Origin: Paramecium tetraurelia
Lineage: Eukaryota
Length of the DNA: 64,000 nt
Reading direction: 5' to 3'
Assembly (NCBI GenBank): GCA_000165425.1
Contig: CT868019.1
Location: 434,001-498,000 of the forward strand
Under the pieces are notes generated by a model. That model was given only the letters and a program-made list of their open reading frames with translations. It was not told where the DNA came from and searched no databases. Below are positions 14,132 to 27,568 of the stretch, in pieces; the first letter of the stretch is position 1, and each line of letters opens with the position of its first letter. The position numbers and the translations under genes are program-made.

Positions 14132-14710
14132 TCATTTCTTGGTACTGTTTTTCAATTTTTAATCAATATTTTTGAAATAAGTGTTCTGGATTCTTTGGGA
14201 TAAAGTTCTTTATTTCTTGTTTTCTGGAGATTTGTATCTACTAGTAAGAGGGGCAGCAAATTTCAATGACAGCTTCTTATCAAAGATATCCTGAAAATTC
14301 AAAGGATTTGAAACTCCCAATCTAGTAATATTAGATACTCGAGGATAGTAGAAGGTCTTTCTTTTGATTCCAAGTTGTTAATGTCCAAGGACTGGTTCAG
14401 TTTTAATCCGCTAGCCAAATAGTTGATTATCCAGTCCCTTTTGATCTATATCGTTTTCATTCTTCACTAATAGTTTCTTACGAATATTGCCACCGCATTC
14501 ATGACAATGGCAACTGAGATTCATCGATCTTTCTTCAAATAAGACTTATTTTAATTGCTGAAACGAATGACTCGGCTTTAGAGTTTTATAGGTTTTCGAT
14601 AAACAATAGACTTTGTATTTGCTCTCTTGTTTGTATGTTCTTTTCCTATACTTTGGCTTGCAAAAGACTTCGAGATTCTGCTGGGAGGATTTATTATCAA
14701 ATATATTCAT
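14132..14710 (-). CDS. Hypothetical basic protein (192 aa) with CHCHEC motif
   Basis: Open 193-codon code-6 ORF MNIFDNKSS...KNSTKK*; its 3' part is conserved in the duplicated block at ~63250. Confidence 0.6.
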
Positions 14711-15912
14711 AATTATTGTAAAATGTTTTTAAATGCATCTAGATCAGATAATTAATATTTCAATTCCTCTGCTGTAAATTTACATAGAATCTTTTTTACT
14801 GTGATTTTAAAGCCCATTTTTTATTGTTTCGCCTCCTTTGTAGTAAGTAGGTTATAATCTTTTAATAAATTAATTTCCTCCTCTACATCCACACTCAAGG
14901 GCAAACTCAGTTTATACTTAATTTCGTTAACCTTTCTTATGAGATCGGGTAAATCTATTTCAAGTTGAATAGAGTCCTTTTTTAATAAGGCAATGATCCC
15001 TAATAGTATTAATTACTAATGTAAAGTCAGAGTGGTGACAACACCCTTCATTTTGTTATCAAACACACTCATTCCTATTTCTTAGTTGACAGCATCTGTT
15101 GTAAATTCTTCTTTGTCTCTTAAGGTCCTTTTCACAATGTCTATTATATTTCTCATGTCTCCTCCCTTGTCATTATAGGCTCTGGTTGTTAGTATTTTGA
15201 TGGCTTTTTCATCGTATTTTCTATATAGATACACATATTTACTATATTTCTATTTATTTTAGGATGTCTAAAACCAGTTCTTGTAACTATTGGATGGTGT
15301 AAGGCTTCAAAATTAAATTTTTAAATTAAGGGAGCTAAAATTTATATCTCACTGATTAGGTTTAAAGGAACTCTATGTCATTACTAATGCCAATAATGAT
15401 GGCATGTTTGGACAGGGAAAATAAATCAAAGGCTTCTTTTTCACTCACTTTAAATAAATTGTCAAACTCATCAATTGTGATGATCCTATTGTTTATTAAA
15501 TATAATACGTATTCAACTCTTTGAGTCTATCCATAATGACTTTGCGTGTTTATTATTTGGCAGTGGAGCTTTTAACATTCAATTGCTTTTTACAAATGTT
15601 TAAAAACTCTGTATAATTTTTACATTGCATAGCATTTATATAGATAGTAGTGTAGTTATTCTGCCATTGCTTGAGACATTTAGTTAGGAGCATAGTTTTG
15701 CCGCATCCAGGTTGACCAGTAATCATCAGAAACTTTTATTCGTCATGAGAAGCGATAAACTATTGGATCTCAAATTCCTCCAGCTCTCTGAATTTCATTT
15801 TTTTAATGAGTTCAGACACATTGCTTTGAGTGTTTTCTAAATCTTCATAAGCGTTGGGCTGTTTCTTGTTATTTTATAAATCATCTTGAGGTATTTGTCT
15901 TTTCTTTTTCAT
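14707..15912 (-). CDS. CDC6: Cdc6/Orc1-family AAA+ ATPase with winged-helix C-terminus
   Basis: Walker A ITGQPGCGKT, YINAMQC, Walker B ITIDEFD, IIIGISN, LKPYT and GGDMRN. Confidence 0.85.
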
Positions 15913-15970
15913 TAATTTATATATTATGGCGCTTAAATTAGCGTACCATTTCGATATATAATATAAATTA

Positions 15971-16874
15971 TCAAGTTTCTTTTTTCTTTTGACTTTTTTA
16001 TCTGGCCATTAATCTATCCTAGATAGACTTTGATTGATTTTGCAATTGTGATTCCACCACATTCTATTTGACTTGATGTTCCTCTTTCAGCAACAATTTC
16101 GGAATGGGTGTTTCATTATTCTCATTTCTGAATTCTATTTTTGGTGATCTCTTCTTAGTAGATGATTCATCTATTTTTTATGCTTATTTGGTATCATTAA
16201 ATTAAGATTATGGAGATTCGTGATTCTTCATGATGATATCTGGATTCTCTTTATTCTTTTTGCCTTCTTCTATCAAATTTTGAAGTTGAATGACAAGTTT
16301 CTTATTGTCGATTTCTTTATACTGATCTTCGTTCTTCGGAGTAGCATACTCAGTGGGCTTATCAATCCTATCGTTAAAATCCTCGAAATCCTTGAAGTAA
16401 CTAACTTCACTACTCATTATTTAAGTAGGTTATTGACTATTGATTATTATTCATAGTTTACATTTTCCTTTCCGAAGATTATAACGATCTAGGTTCTCTT
16501 TAAGTAAACTTGTCAGCCTGTTAAACTATATTCTTAATTTTGTCTAAGAAATAATATTTAATGGGATCCATAAGAGTATCATATTATTGAACACATTCCT
16601 AATACATTCCAACCAATTAATCCACCATATTTATTTGTTTGATTGGAGACAAATTGAATTTGCTCTCCATCGTAGACATAGTTAAAAAAAATTGTTTCGT
16701 TAAATTTATTTTCTTTTATTGTCCTAATTGCACCTCTTTGTTGTTCTGTTTGTACAGAAACTCTGGTGTCATGAATTGTTCATCTACATAAAAGGCTCCT
16801 TTTGAACCAGATTTGTTCTCCTCTTCCCCTTTCTTCCCTTGAATACTCTCGAATGCCTATTTAAATATTCTCAT
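15971..16874 (-). CDS. Hypothetical protein
   Basis: Code-6 ORF MRIFKQAFESIQGKK...; a 25-nt GTA..TAG intron joins it to the MSSEVSYFKDFED segment; ends KKKET*. Confidence 0.6.
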
Positions 16875-16899
16875 TAAATTTATTAAATATATTATAAAT

Positions 16900-17856
16900 T
16901 CACTTCTTTCTTATCTCCACATCCTTGGTAGCAGCATACTCACTCCAACTTCCATCGTACAATGAGATATTCTTCAACCCTATCCTTTCCAATGCAACAT
17001 AAATCACTGAAGCTGTAACACCCGATCCACACGAACACACTATGTTTCTATTCACATCAACATTGAGACTATTGAGAATCTCTTTGATTTCCTCAGGCTA
17101 ACACTTTAATCAAATATGATACTGTCTTCATCAATCCTGTTTTTTAATCAATTAATTGACTGAAAGGTAACGAAGTTGAATAAGGCATATGACCACTCGA
17201 CAATCCTGGTCTGGGTTCAGGCACCTCTCCATTAAATCTAGGAGCAGGTCTAGCATCCAAAACTTGATCTCCTCTCTTCCCTTTATTTTGATTCTCTATA
17301 TTTTTTAATATGAAATCCAACTCTCTCAACATATGAACTTAAGGAGTGGCTTTATACTTGGCTTCCTTTATCAAGGGTGGAGCATCAGAAACTGCACAAT
17401 TCTCTCGAACCCAAGCAGGAAATCCGCCATCTAAGACTGCTATATCTTTGTGTCCAAAGTATCTGAATTACCAATATGCTCTTGCAGCCGAAAAGATATT
17501 CATTCCATCATAAACTACTATCTGATCTTTATTACTAATTCCCATGTCAGATACAGACCTTTCTTAGTTGTATCATATACCTTTCAAAATCTTCTGTTTT
17601 TGGAAGCATGTGAGGTAAACTAGTTTCTTAGAGGCTGTTTGCATCGATATCAAAACGGATTGCTCCAGGAATGTGTGATTTTTTGTATTCTAACTCTGCA
17701 TTGCGATTCATTTGAGGAAGGTACCATGAACAATCTATTTTCAGCCTTTGCTTTACCTAAGACTTTGACTTTATTGAGATTTTATTTCAAATATTGCACT
17801 GAGACTAAAGGTGAAGGGAAAGTCGAAAAGGCATATCTTGCAGATCTGACAAACAT
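16900..17856 (-). CDS. MPST: 3-mercaptopyruvate/thiosulfate sulfurtransferase (tandem rhodanese), probably mitochondrial
   Basis: HIPGAIRFD, LPHMLP, VLDGGFPAW, LDARPAPRF..GHMP, active-site loop CGSGVT and LYDGSWSEY; Arg/Ser-rich N-terminal presequence. Confidence 0.93.
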
Positions 17857-17943
17857 TATATATTATGATAATATGTAATTTTTACAATTTCTAATTTTGA
17901 TTTTTATATTGAAATATTCTATATTCAAATCAAATATGAATAA

Positions 17944-20250
17944 ATGTAATTATCAGAAAACTTGATTGCTAGAGTATTTGTGATTATTTTATGCCTTTTG
18001 TCAATGACAGGCTGTTCTCTAATTTTGTGGACATTCTTCAGAACACCCAGATTAAACAAAAACCCAGGGAGTATTATTTAAAGAATGACCATAGCTTAGA
18101 TTGTATTGAACAGTATTTTATTAGATTATTACTTTTCTGATGCTGTTTGCACAATTTTATATTAGTTTTGATGATCATCCGACTGGAGGTGCCTTTGTAA
18201 TATCCTAATAATTTTGCTCATTCCTAGGCTTCATTGAGATATTTTTTTCCTCCTAATACTCCCTCTATAACATCTATTTCCCCATAAATCTATACTGCTC
18301 ACTCAAAACACAGGACTATAACTTTAATAAGTACTTTAAGTTCATGGAGATTTCCTCATTAATATTCTCATTTCTATTCACTTTGACTATGTTCTTTGTT
18401 TAGGATGTCAAAATAAAGTATCAATAAGATATAATTAGTGTTGTCGGTGTTTGCGGTCTAATGATGGTTAATTTTTCCACCTCTTTCAGTGCTATCTTGG
18501 TAATCATAACATTAAGCATTTTAATATTGCTTGTTTTCATAATCAACGAAAAATCATCATTCAAAACCACTCTTTATAATAAGGATTCAGAAAAATTCCA
18601 TTAGAAATATCATAAAGAGTTCATTATAGTTAATACACTCTACACATCAGTATTTCTAGGCACTTATATGATTCCCTCATGTCTGATATTTTGGGGTTAA
18701 TTAATTTTTAATGATGATACTCACTTCTATTCTTTTCCAATCATCTACCCCTTGGGAGGTATACTACTTTTCTTCATAAGAATAAATGATCCGATTGTCA
18801 AAAAGTACATCTATACTATGATTATGGGAAAGAAAAAGAAAAATCAAAATTGTAAATTAAAGGATAAGCTATTACAAAAGGAAGATGTAACAAAAAGCAT
18901 ATTATAATATAGTACAATGGTATAGAATAGATGAGTATGGATTCTGGACTAGAAATTAGTGTGTGCAATAACAAGAAGCTCAGATACACAGTAAGAGCTG
19001 TGCCTAATGACAAATAAGTATAACCAGACATCACGGTCTCCTCAGTTTTCGGAAGCCAAATCAAACTGATTAAGAATAACTAAGAATTATTCATTGTATT
19101 ACTTTCCATTAAAAATGCTATTAATCATTGTATTGAAGAGAAGTAAGCGTTACTGAAATCTTTAAAGCCATTTAACTTTACTCATATCACAAAATACTCG
19201 CTATATTTGCAAGATGACTTTAAAGATTTGGATTAGAAATACAAAAATTATAATGTATTATTATTTGATTATCTATAGAATCTCTGTTTAAAGGATTATG
19301 TCAATAACATTTGCTATAAGAGAGTTATAAACTGTTACAGTTATGCAAGCAAGACTCTGATCCACCTCTTTAGCTAAGTGTTAAATATTGATTTAAATCA
19401 ACTCAAATCTAGTTTAAGAATCGAATAGAATACAAAAAAAATAGTCAATTCCAAATTACCTTAGTCTTATGGACCCATTTTCTTAACTTATGACAATTAC
19501 TTTTCTATTGAAATCATTTCTAAATAACACAAACTCCTTTTAACAAAAGGGGGAGGATTGATGAATATTTGTAAACGCTATCAAACCGAATATAGTAGGC
19601 AAAAAAATGGCAATACTTTGTTGCCTGCGATATTGGGATTGTATACAATCTAAATTGACGAAGATAGATATATTAACATCGTATTAAAGTTAAATTAAAT
19701 AAAAATAAACTATCCCTTATAAGTTAATCATTTCAATATTCAAGTGGAATAAGATTAATTAATTCAACAGGACGTATTTGGCTGGATATAATTAAGTTTA
19801 GAAAAAGGATAATTTAAATTATTCATTGCTGAAAAGCTATTTGATGATAAATTCCAAATCAAAATTGAAGATAATGACTTTAAGCTATCTCAAAATGCTG
19901 CCAAAGATTTAGTAAGTATTCTCAGCAAGGATATTGAAGAGTTTTGTTTTTGTAGAAATGTTACTATTTCTTTGGTTTACTTCAAATTACCCACCAATAG
20001 ACTAGATTCTATGTGTAAACATGAGAACTCATTGTCCTATCATTATTAAATTTATAAGAATAGTCAGTAAATTACTCCATTACAGATGAATGAATATTTT
20101 AAAGATTTGGGATAATTTGAATTAGATAGTAAAATAGGGTTTGTTAGAATTTATTTTGATAACTTTTGGTAGGAATGGGAATATATCAATGAGAATGAAA
20201 GATGCTTGTATTTTGATAAACTAGTGGAATAGTTGTCAGAAGTAATTTGA
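17944..20250 (+). CDS. 7TM GPCR-like receptor fused to a degenerate PIP-kinase (PIP5K-fold) domain
   Basis: Seven hydrophobic segments in 17960-18790, with a TM3 Cys. Continuous frame across tiny introns into YSYASKTL..LNIDLNQLKSSL..IFLTYDNYFSIEII..NTLLPAILGLYTI, which follows the PIPK N-lobe pattern. Confidence 0.7.
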
Positions 20251-20293
20251 TTTCTTTTTGATAACAATAAATTAAAAATTAATACAAATTTAC

Positions 20294-22598
20294 TCAATTC
20301 GCTAATTCCATTGATTGTCTTCTTGTAAAGATCTCCACCTTCTTATTTTTATTATCACCTTAATCTTTAAATTCTTTTTTCCTTGACTTTTTCTTTTTAT
20401 CGCTATCAACTATATCCTTATTATTTAATATTTACTTCTTTCTATTTAAATCTCTTAGAAAATCTCAAATATTCTTATGTAAGGGAATATCTATGTATTA
20501 TTGGAATAAGAGAATAATCTCAAAAATAAGAAATCATATTAATCATGAGTTAAATCGATACCCATATATTCAAAAGTTTCAACTATTTGCTTTCTTTCTA
20601 ATAACCCTTCATACTTACTTGTTAATTAATCAAAATATTATTTCAAGCTATTTTTATACTTACTAATAACCTAATGATCAATTTCAAAAATATACTTGTG
20701 TTATCTCCTTTGTTTTTTATATTTCAATTTCAATTGTTAAAATTTCGTAATTGCCAATTAATTTTTACAATATACTTCTTACAATAGTAGTAGATTAATT
20801 CAACTAATCGTTATAAACTACGAATTCCTAAGAATTATCCTCTGTAAGATATCTGGCTACCAATAAAGCTGAATCTTCATCAATTAATAAGAAAGGTTCC
20901 TTCTGCATTCTTTCTGATATCTCCTTTAATTTTATTTCTCCAGTCTTCTTGTTTTTATTGTCAAATAAATATTTCTCAATTGCATCTGCCAAAGTTATTT
21001 TTTTAGTTCTCAATCTATAATTTAATTCAAATCCTAAATGATCTACATCATCTTTTTTGATAACCTTAAATTTTTATTACTGTTAATTTTTATCTTAATT
21101 GATACTGTCCGGAGTATTATTTTAATTTAATGGTCTCTAAGTCTTTAAATTAACAGTTGCTGCTGTTTGAGCTTACTTCTATTATATAGATGGAGCTGTC
21201 TCTTTTAACTTAGATTAAGCATTTATTAATAGCAAGTGTTTATACTTTTCATCTAGTTCCTCATATGCAATTTTAAGCTTTTTCAATTCATCCTATAATT
21301 GATCCTTGATTTTAGCTTCAATTGAAGATTTCTCATTTAATTTTTATTTCAACTCAGTTGTTGTTTTATCTAAATATTCTATATCTCTTGTTTTCTATTA
21401 CAACTCTTTTCTTAATTCTTATTCAACTTTTATCAATCCTATTATTCTTAATTGATTATTGTCCAATTTATTCGCTTTTGAGATTAGATTTTAATTTATA
21501 TCTTTATATGAATTTAATTCCTGCTAAAGTCCATCAATGTAAGTTGATTTATCTTTGAGAGTTTATTGAAGATCATCAATCACTTAGTTTTATTTGTTTA
21601 GAAGTTTTTAATTAGTTTCCATATGATTTTGGAGTTTAAACTTCTCTTCCTATTCAATTGTGATTTGGCCTTAATAAAATGAGTTTTCTTGTTTTAAGGA
21701 ATTTATGATTTGCATTTAAAGGTAGAATTTGTGCTCAAATTAATTAAAATCATGAGTCATTTAAATGATCTATTCATTTCTTTAAGACTATTCTAACAGA
21801 GTCTTCAATCTGAGGGTTTCTTCTTAAAATACATTAATTTCTTTTTCCAATTCTTAAATTTTAGTATATTTGATATCGTGCTTCAAATTTGATATTTCTT
21901 CATTCTATTATTTTATCAAAGTTCTTAACTCCTTGATTTGTTTCTTTAAAGTTATTGTCAATAAATTCTAAATGAAATAATTTTAAGATTAATACTTCAC
22001 TTATACCCAATTTAGTCATCAAAGCTAAATCCTACTTATCAGCAACGTATTTCTGCTGCAAATACCCACCCACATTTTGCACAACAGTTTACATTCGCTC
22101 TGTATTTTTATTCAAAAATCTCATTTTTGCTTTAAGATCATAGTTTTCTGAAGTTAACTTGTTTATCATATCTTTCAAATAAACAGTTTCTGCGTATAAG
22201 TCATCCTAGTCTAAAAAAATAAAGTAATTACTTTATCCTTGGTCATGTTAACAGGTATTTTCTTAGTTAAGTCTTGCACAACAGGTGAATTTCTAAATGA
22301 TTAGTTTGAAATAAGTACTTTAAAATTTCTGTATGAGTGGATCTACTTTATGTGACAGAACTATCATTGATGACATTTGTTTTTCTAGTAGATAGTGTTC
22401 TAAACTTATTAGGGGATGGTTTCAATACAAATTTGTCTAAATCATTTTATTCACCTGCTCCAAGAATAACCACCTTTAAACCCTTTGGAGACACCTTATC
22501 AAGTTTTTTAGTATCATAGATGATGCCTGATTAAGGCCTACTTCTTATTTGACTGAAAGTCTTAGACGCAATCCTTTTGTTATTTTATTTCTTTACAT
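20294..22598 (-). CDS. Long coiled-coil protein, IQCE/lebercilin-like N-terminal region
   Basis: DDLYAETVYLKDMIN and LKKQIKELR..ISNLKHDIKYTKIQELEKEINVFQEETLRLKTLL resemble the IQCE conserved block; ends RRQSMELAN*. Confidence 0.6.
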
Positions 22599-23460
22599 TT
22601 ATAAAGTTTTCGGAAGTAATATGTTTTATAAATAAAATTCAATTCTAATGACAGAAATATATTTTGGCTTAAAATAAATAAAATTTTTATTTTATTAGCC
22701 TATTTCTCACTTTTTTAAGAAGGCCTACATTAAATTTTATTTGTTTCTTATATTTAATAGTTGCAATTTACTATTTTAATATTAAAATACTGCTCTTCTT
22801 TCATCATTAAAGTAATTTAAAAATTAATAATCCCATATAACTTGAATGAAATTTATGCTTGTAATTGGAACATAGAAAAATTTCTATAGACATCATCTTA
22901 ATTTTACCTCCTGACTTTTATTTATAAGTTTGGATAATAATGTTTTCACTAAGAATTCACCTTTTCCACTAACTTTACATTTTTTAATTATAAATACTAA
23001 CTGTAATCATATTTTAAGTTTATTTGGATTAGCAATTATTAAAAATTAGTTTATTTGGTTTTTAATCGTAATAAAGACAGAATTCTATGAACCTTGAATC
23101 AGAAACAGTTTTGAACTGATTAGCAAAAGAAGAATCCTATTTTTTAATTAATTTCGCATAAGCAGAATATAAGTATCCAATTTATAAGATGAGAAAATAT
23201 AAAGAATTTTTAATATTTTATTAATTCATTGTAAGTATATAGAAATGCTGTTATAATTTATTGGAGATGATGAAAGAAAAGGGATTGATGAAATGCATAG
23301 AAATTATGAAAGAAATAAATCAAAATTAAAATTCAAGGGAAAATGGGACTCTATAAATTTTGAGTTTTTTCACTCAAAGAATTAAATTGATATCAGTAAT
23401 ATTAATTTTTCAAAATCTTCCAATAAATTAGAATCCATCTTTAAACCTGAAAGTTAGTTG

Positions 23461-23610
23461 NNNNNNNNNNNNNNNNNNNNNNNNNNNNNNNNNNNNNNNN
23501 NNNNNNNNNNNNNNNNNNNNNNNNNNNNNNNNNNNNNNNNNNNNNNNNNNNNNNNNNNNNNNNNNNNNNNNNNNNNNNNNNNNNNNNNNNNNNNNNNNNN
23601 NNNNNNNNNN
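23461..23610. other. Assembly gap (150 N)
   Basis: Run of n characters. Confidence 1.
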
Positions 23611-24749
23611 TTAAAAGTTAAAATCCATTAGAATCACTAAAAGTTATGGGTTTAATTATATTAAATATATCTAAGAAAACGAAGTATTTAAGTATGTTTA
23701 TAAAATATATTTTAGGTGCTATTTTTATTTTAAATGATAGGAAATTATATGAAGCTAGTTATAAGTAGTTCAAGGTTAGAATAGTTAATGAAATTCAAAG
23801 GGAAACATGACATAAGTTGTTAAGGTATTGAATAATGTTGATAGAGAAAGTTCAAATAGTTGATTTTATATACAAGACAGCAATTCCCATTATTAAATGG
23901 GGAACAATTAAATTGTGATGTGGATATAATGAAGCAGGCCTAATTAGTGGATGATGTCAGCTCCGATTATTCAGCATTTCTAAATACTTCCTATAATCTG
24001 CTGTACTAATTATACTCCTCAGAGATTTAGTACAGTAATGAAAATACAATAACACTTGAGTTATAAGAAGATTTAAAAATCAACATTATTTAAAACAAAA
24101 ATCAAATACTAATAGCATACTCTTTGAACAAAATCTTTAAAAAATTTACTTTACTATTTTTTATTTATTTTAATGAAAAAGTAAAAATAAATAAATTAAT
24201 AATTATTGGAAATTGATAAGAATCCAAATTGTTCTCAATAAAAAAGAAATTTTGAATAAAGGGAAATGAATATAATAAAACTTTATGATTTTATTGAGAA
24301 TGCAGTTTTTAGGAAAAACCGCACTCTAATTAGAATGAAAATTTTTTTTCAAAAATAATTCTTTAAGTAAAACTTTAATCCATCATCCATATAAAAAGAA
24401 AACTATTTTGTAAATAATTGATTTTATATATGGTAAAAAAAATAATATCTTATTTTAAATTATTACGACATATAAAAAATAAATATTGAAATTAAAAGTT
24501 TATATCTCTAGAACTCGTGGTAGAATTGATGTTGATTGATTCAAAATGGTAGAGTAAGTCTAATTAGCAATGCATAGAGTTATATATACAGGATTTTCTG
24601 TATATTAATTATGCTGTTTGAATTAATACGCATCAATTATATTAAAATAGTTCAAAATCAAGATTTAATAATTAATCAACTCAAGTCATCATAAAGGCGA
24701 TTTTGAATATCTTTCAATTAATAATTTAGATATTTTATAAAATCTCTCA

Positions 24750-25211
24750 ATGGATATCAGCCCATTCTTATATGACAACTTACCTTAACCTTAAGAGAAC
24801 AATTATTTGATACAAGAAGAATGCCATCAATACCTTTCTAAATTGAATTTCAATAAGACTTTATTTAGAATGCAGAGTCCTGAACCTTCTATTCAGGATG
24901 ATTGCTTCGAGAATGAAAATGAAAAATCTTATGATGTCGATTTTGCTGATTTCAACCATCTCAATCACCAAAGAAATCTTACTTCTGATGATGAGGAAGA
25001 AATCTAATGTTCTAAGAAGAATCAAAAGGCCAGAAAGTTAAGGAAAAAGAGCAAAAACCGAGAGGGACCCCTTTCGGAGAAAGAATTTATAGAAATAATG
25101 AAAAAACTGGACTAGTGCCATTAAATTATGAGTATGATTGACAACATGTCGAAAATTGTAAATACATTTAAGCTGTAGTTACAGAAACAAAGTAGTTTAA
25201 ATCTTAAGTGA
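24750..25211 (+). CDS. Hypothetical protein (153 aa), acidic patch then basic NLS-like patch
   Basis: Intronless code-6 ORF MDISPFLYDNLPQ...SDDEEEI..KKNQKARKLRKKSK...LNLK*. Confidence 0.7.
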
Positions 25212-25335
25212 CATAAGTGGATTATTTTGTTTCAATATTTTTTTATATATTTTTTGCTGTTGAACTGACAGTTTATTCGCTCATGAAATTAAAATGAGAA
25301 TGAATTTAAAATTATAAATGATAAACAAATATATG

Positions 25336-27568
25336 TCAAAAGAGCATAAAGACTAAAGTTATCACGATGTATGTAAGAATTGACACGATTAAAAGATTCA
25401 CAGGCGAAGCAAATTTTCTTGGCCACTGAATTTAAGGAAATTCATCTATCTGCTAACTCGAAGCTTGTCTAAACAGTAGCTCAAATACCACATCAAGACA
25501 AAGAGGAAATAAAACTCATAATCCCTCAAAGGTGCTTTCCATTAATTAATTTAACTATATCTAATTAATAAATTTACATTTTAGCTCTTGACAACCTTCC
25601 AGTACTTTTGGAAGGACTTAAATTCCTCATGGGCACTACTTTTATAGTCGACATTTGAATGTTAAATTATTCTCCTAAATATTTTACAATTTTATCATTT
25701 TTTATATTCTTCTGCTATTGGTATTGCATAAGCCAGATAATTATTTGTTATATCCATTTTTAAATGTTTTCATTTTATTTTATCAAAAAGTCTTCCTCTT
25801 TGCTGTCTTTGATATAGATGTCACAGAAATTTTTTACTTCAAAATATGCAGGATTTTAGTATGGTTAGTTTTATTAACACTTCAATAGATCACAAAACAA
25901 TGCATTTTGATCCTAAGAATATAAAAATGTAAGTAAATGCATTATTCCTTAATATTCTGTATCGCTTAAATAGCTTAGATTATTAATGCACTTAAAGATT
26001 GTAATTAATAATTTAGTGTAAAATGGATAATGAACTCTTAATAGATTTTTCATTTGATTTCGATATTAATCCAATTCTCTATAATGGAAATTAACTTCAT
26101 ATTCGTGTGAATTAAATTTAGACTCTATACATTATAATAAATTTGAAGGTCTAAATTCCTTAAACAATATTGCTTGAGGGCAATATCCGAATTTATTTTT
26201 GCATAATTAATAAATAGGTTACAACTCACTTAAGATAAATCGAGCAATTGGATTGTTACTTTTGTATTAGAAATTTTATTGTTTGGAAAGCTAATTTAAT
26301 ATTGTATTTTGTGATATTAAACAAGACAATAGTGCTTAATCAAATATCAACACTTAATTATATATAGAAATCTCATAGACAGCAAATTACTATCTCAAAA
26401 ATAAGACATAAGTTGATAGATGGGAAAGCAATGAAATTTAATTGCATTATCTTTCGTTGTGATAGGATTCAAATGAGTTCTATAAAAATTTATATAATCC
26501 TTATTAGTAAGTAACTTGCTATTTTTGTCTTCCACATTCAAAAAAGAACCCTCTGTTTTAATAATAGATTTGACTTTGTTTGCTGAGGATATCTGTACTC
26601 TTAATAAAATGTTTAAATTATGAGTATGTAGCTTCTAAGTCTTATCCATACCTATTATTAAAGAAGATAGTTAAAAATATTAACATCATTTGAGTATCTA
26701 ATATGACACTGCTGGGTTTGATTTTATAGAATAACTTTTATTATTCATTTGTTAAATTTAAATCAAGCAATTTTGATACATATAAATGTTCATACATAGA
26801 ATATTCTTATAATAGTATTATCATCTATTGAAATGTGAAAATAGTAACTTGCTTATTTTAATTATGTTAAATTGGATTGCCAGGCTTGATCTACAAAACC
26901 ATATATTCAATTATTCTTCTTATCAAAATTAAATATGGATTGAAAGTAAGCTATTTTAATAAAAAGTCTTTGGTGTTAAATTTCTTTTTGCATTTGCTAA
27001 ATGCACAATCAAGTATTTTTTAACTATTTTCAGTGGCATGTAAGGCACTTTCTTTAAAATTTACAGCACCATTTAGTAAATAAATCCAAAACATCATTTT
27101 AGCGCTAACACAAAATTTTAGTTGTGTTTTTTCAACCAAAATATTTTCTTGGAAAATTTCTTAAAATGTTTAAAATGATGAATTCATGTTAACGATGGAT
27201 GGATCCTTCAAAAACAACTACAAATGAGCAGGCAATATATCACTTTGAACTGGGTTTAAAGGATATTCAGAAGGCAATGATTGATAAAATGATTATTCAT
27301 TTGGTGAGAGGACATTAAGAATTTTGATAAAAAACAGAGTATCCTCTATAGATCCAAATCGCATTTGAGTTGTTCGAAAACTACTATTTAATATCCCATC
27401 TTATTTGAATATTAGTTCATAAACTTGATGCTAAAATTTCAAGAACTCTTGACCATAGGAATATTCTTTTTATGTTACGAGTTCAAAGCTGAGATTTTAA
27501 AGCCAGTTTAAAAACTCATTTCCATTGGCTTTTTGAGCATATTTCAAATCGTCTTCAAATTTATTCAT
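25336..27568 (-). CDS. Tail-anchored protein, possibly SMPD4/NET13-like
   Basis: Long ORF from MNKFEDDLKYAQK. The C-terminus WKAPLRDYEFYFLFVLMWYLSYCLD..WPRKFASPVNLLIVSILTYIVITLVFMLF* resembles the SMPD4 PIRSYE..LRFL-TM ending. Internal exons are not fully resolved. Confidence 0.5.

Noticed and set aside
23088..23125. In-frame TGA as selenocysteine or readthrough
   Set aside because: No redox motif or recognisable SECIS; multiple disruptions favour decay.
25333..25660. Plus-strand coding-like stretch MSKEHKDQ...
   Set aside because: It overlaps the better-supported TM-encoding 3' end of the minus-strand gene.
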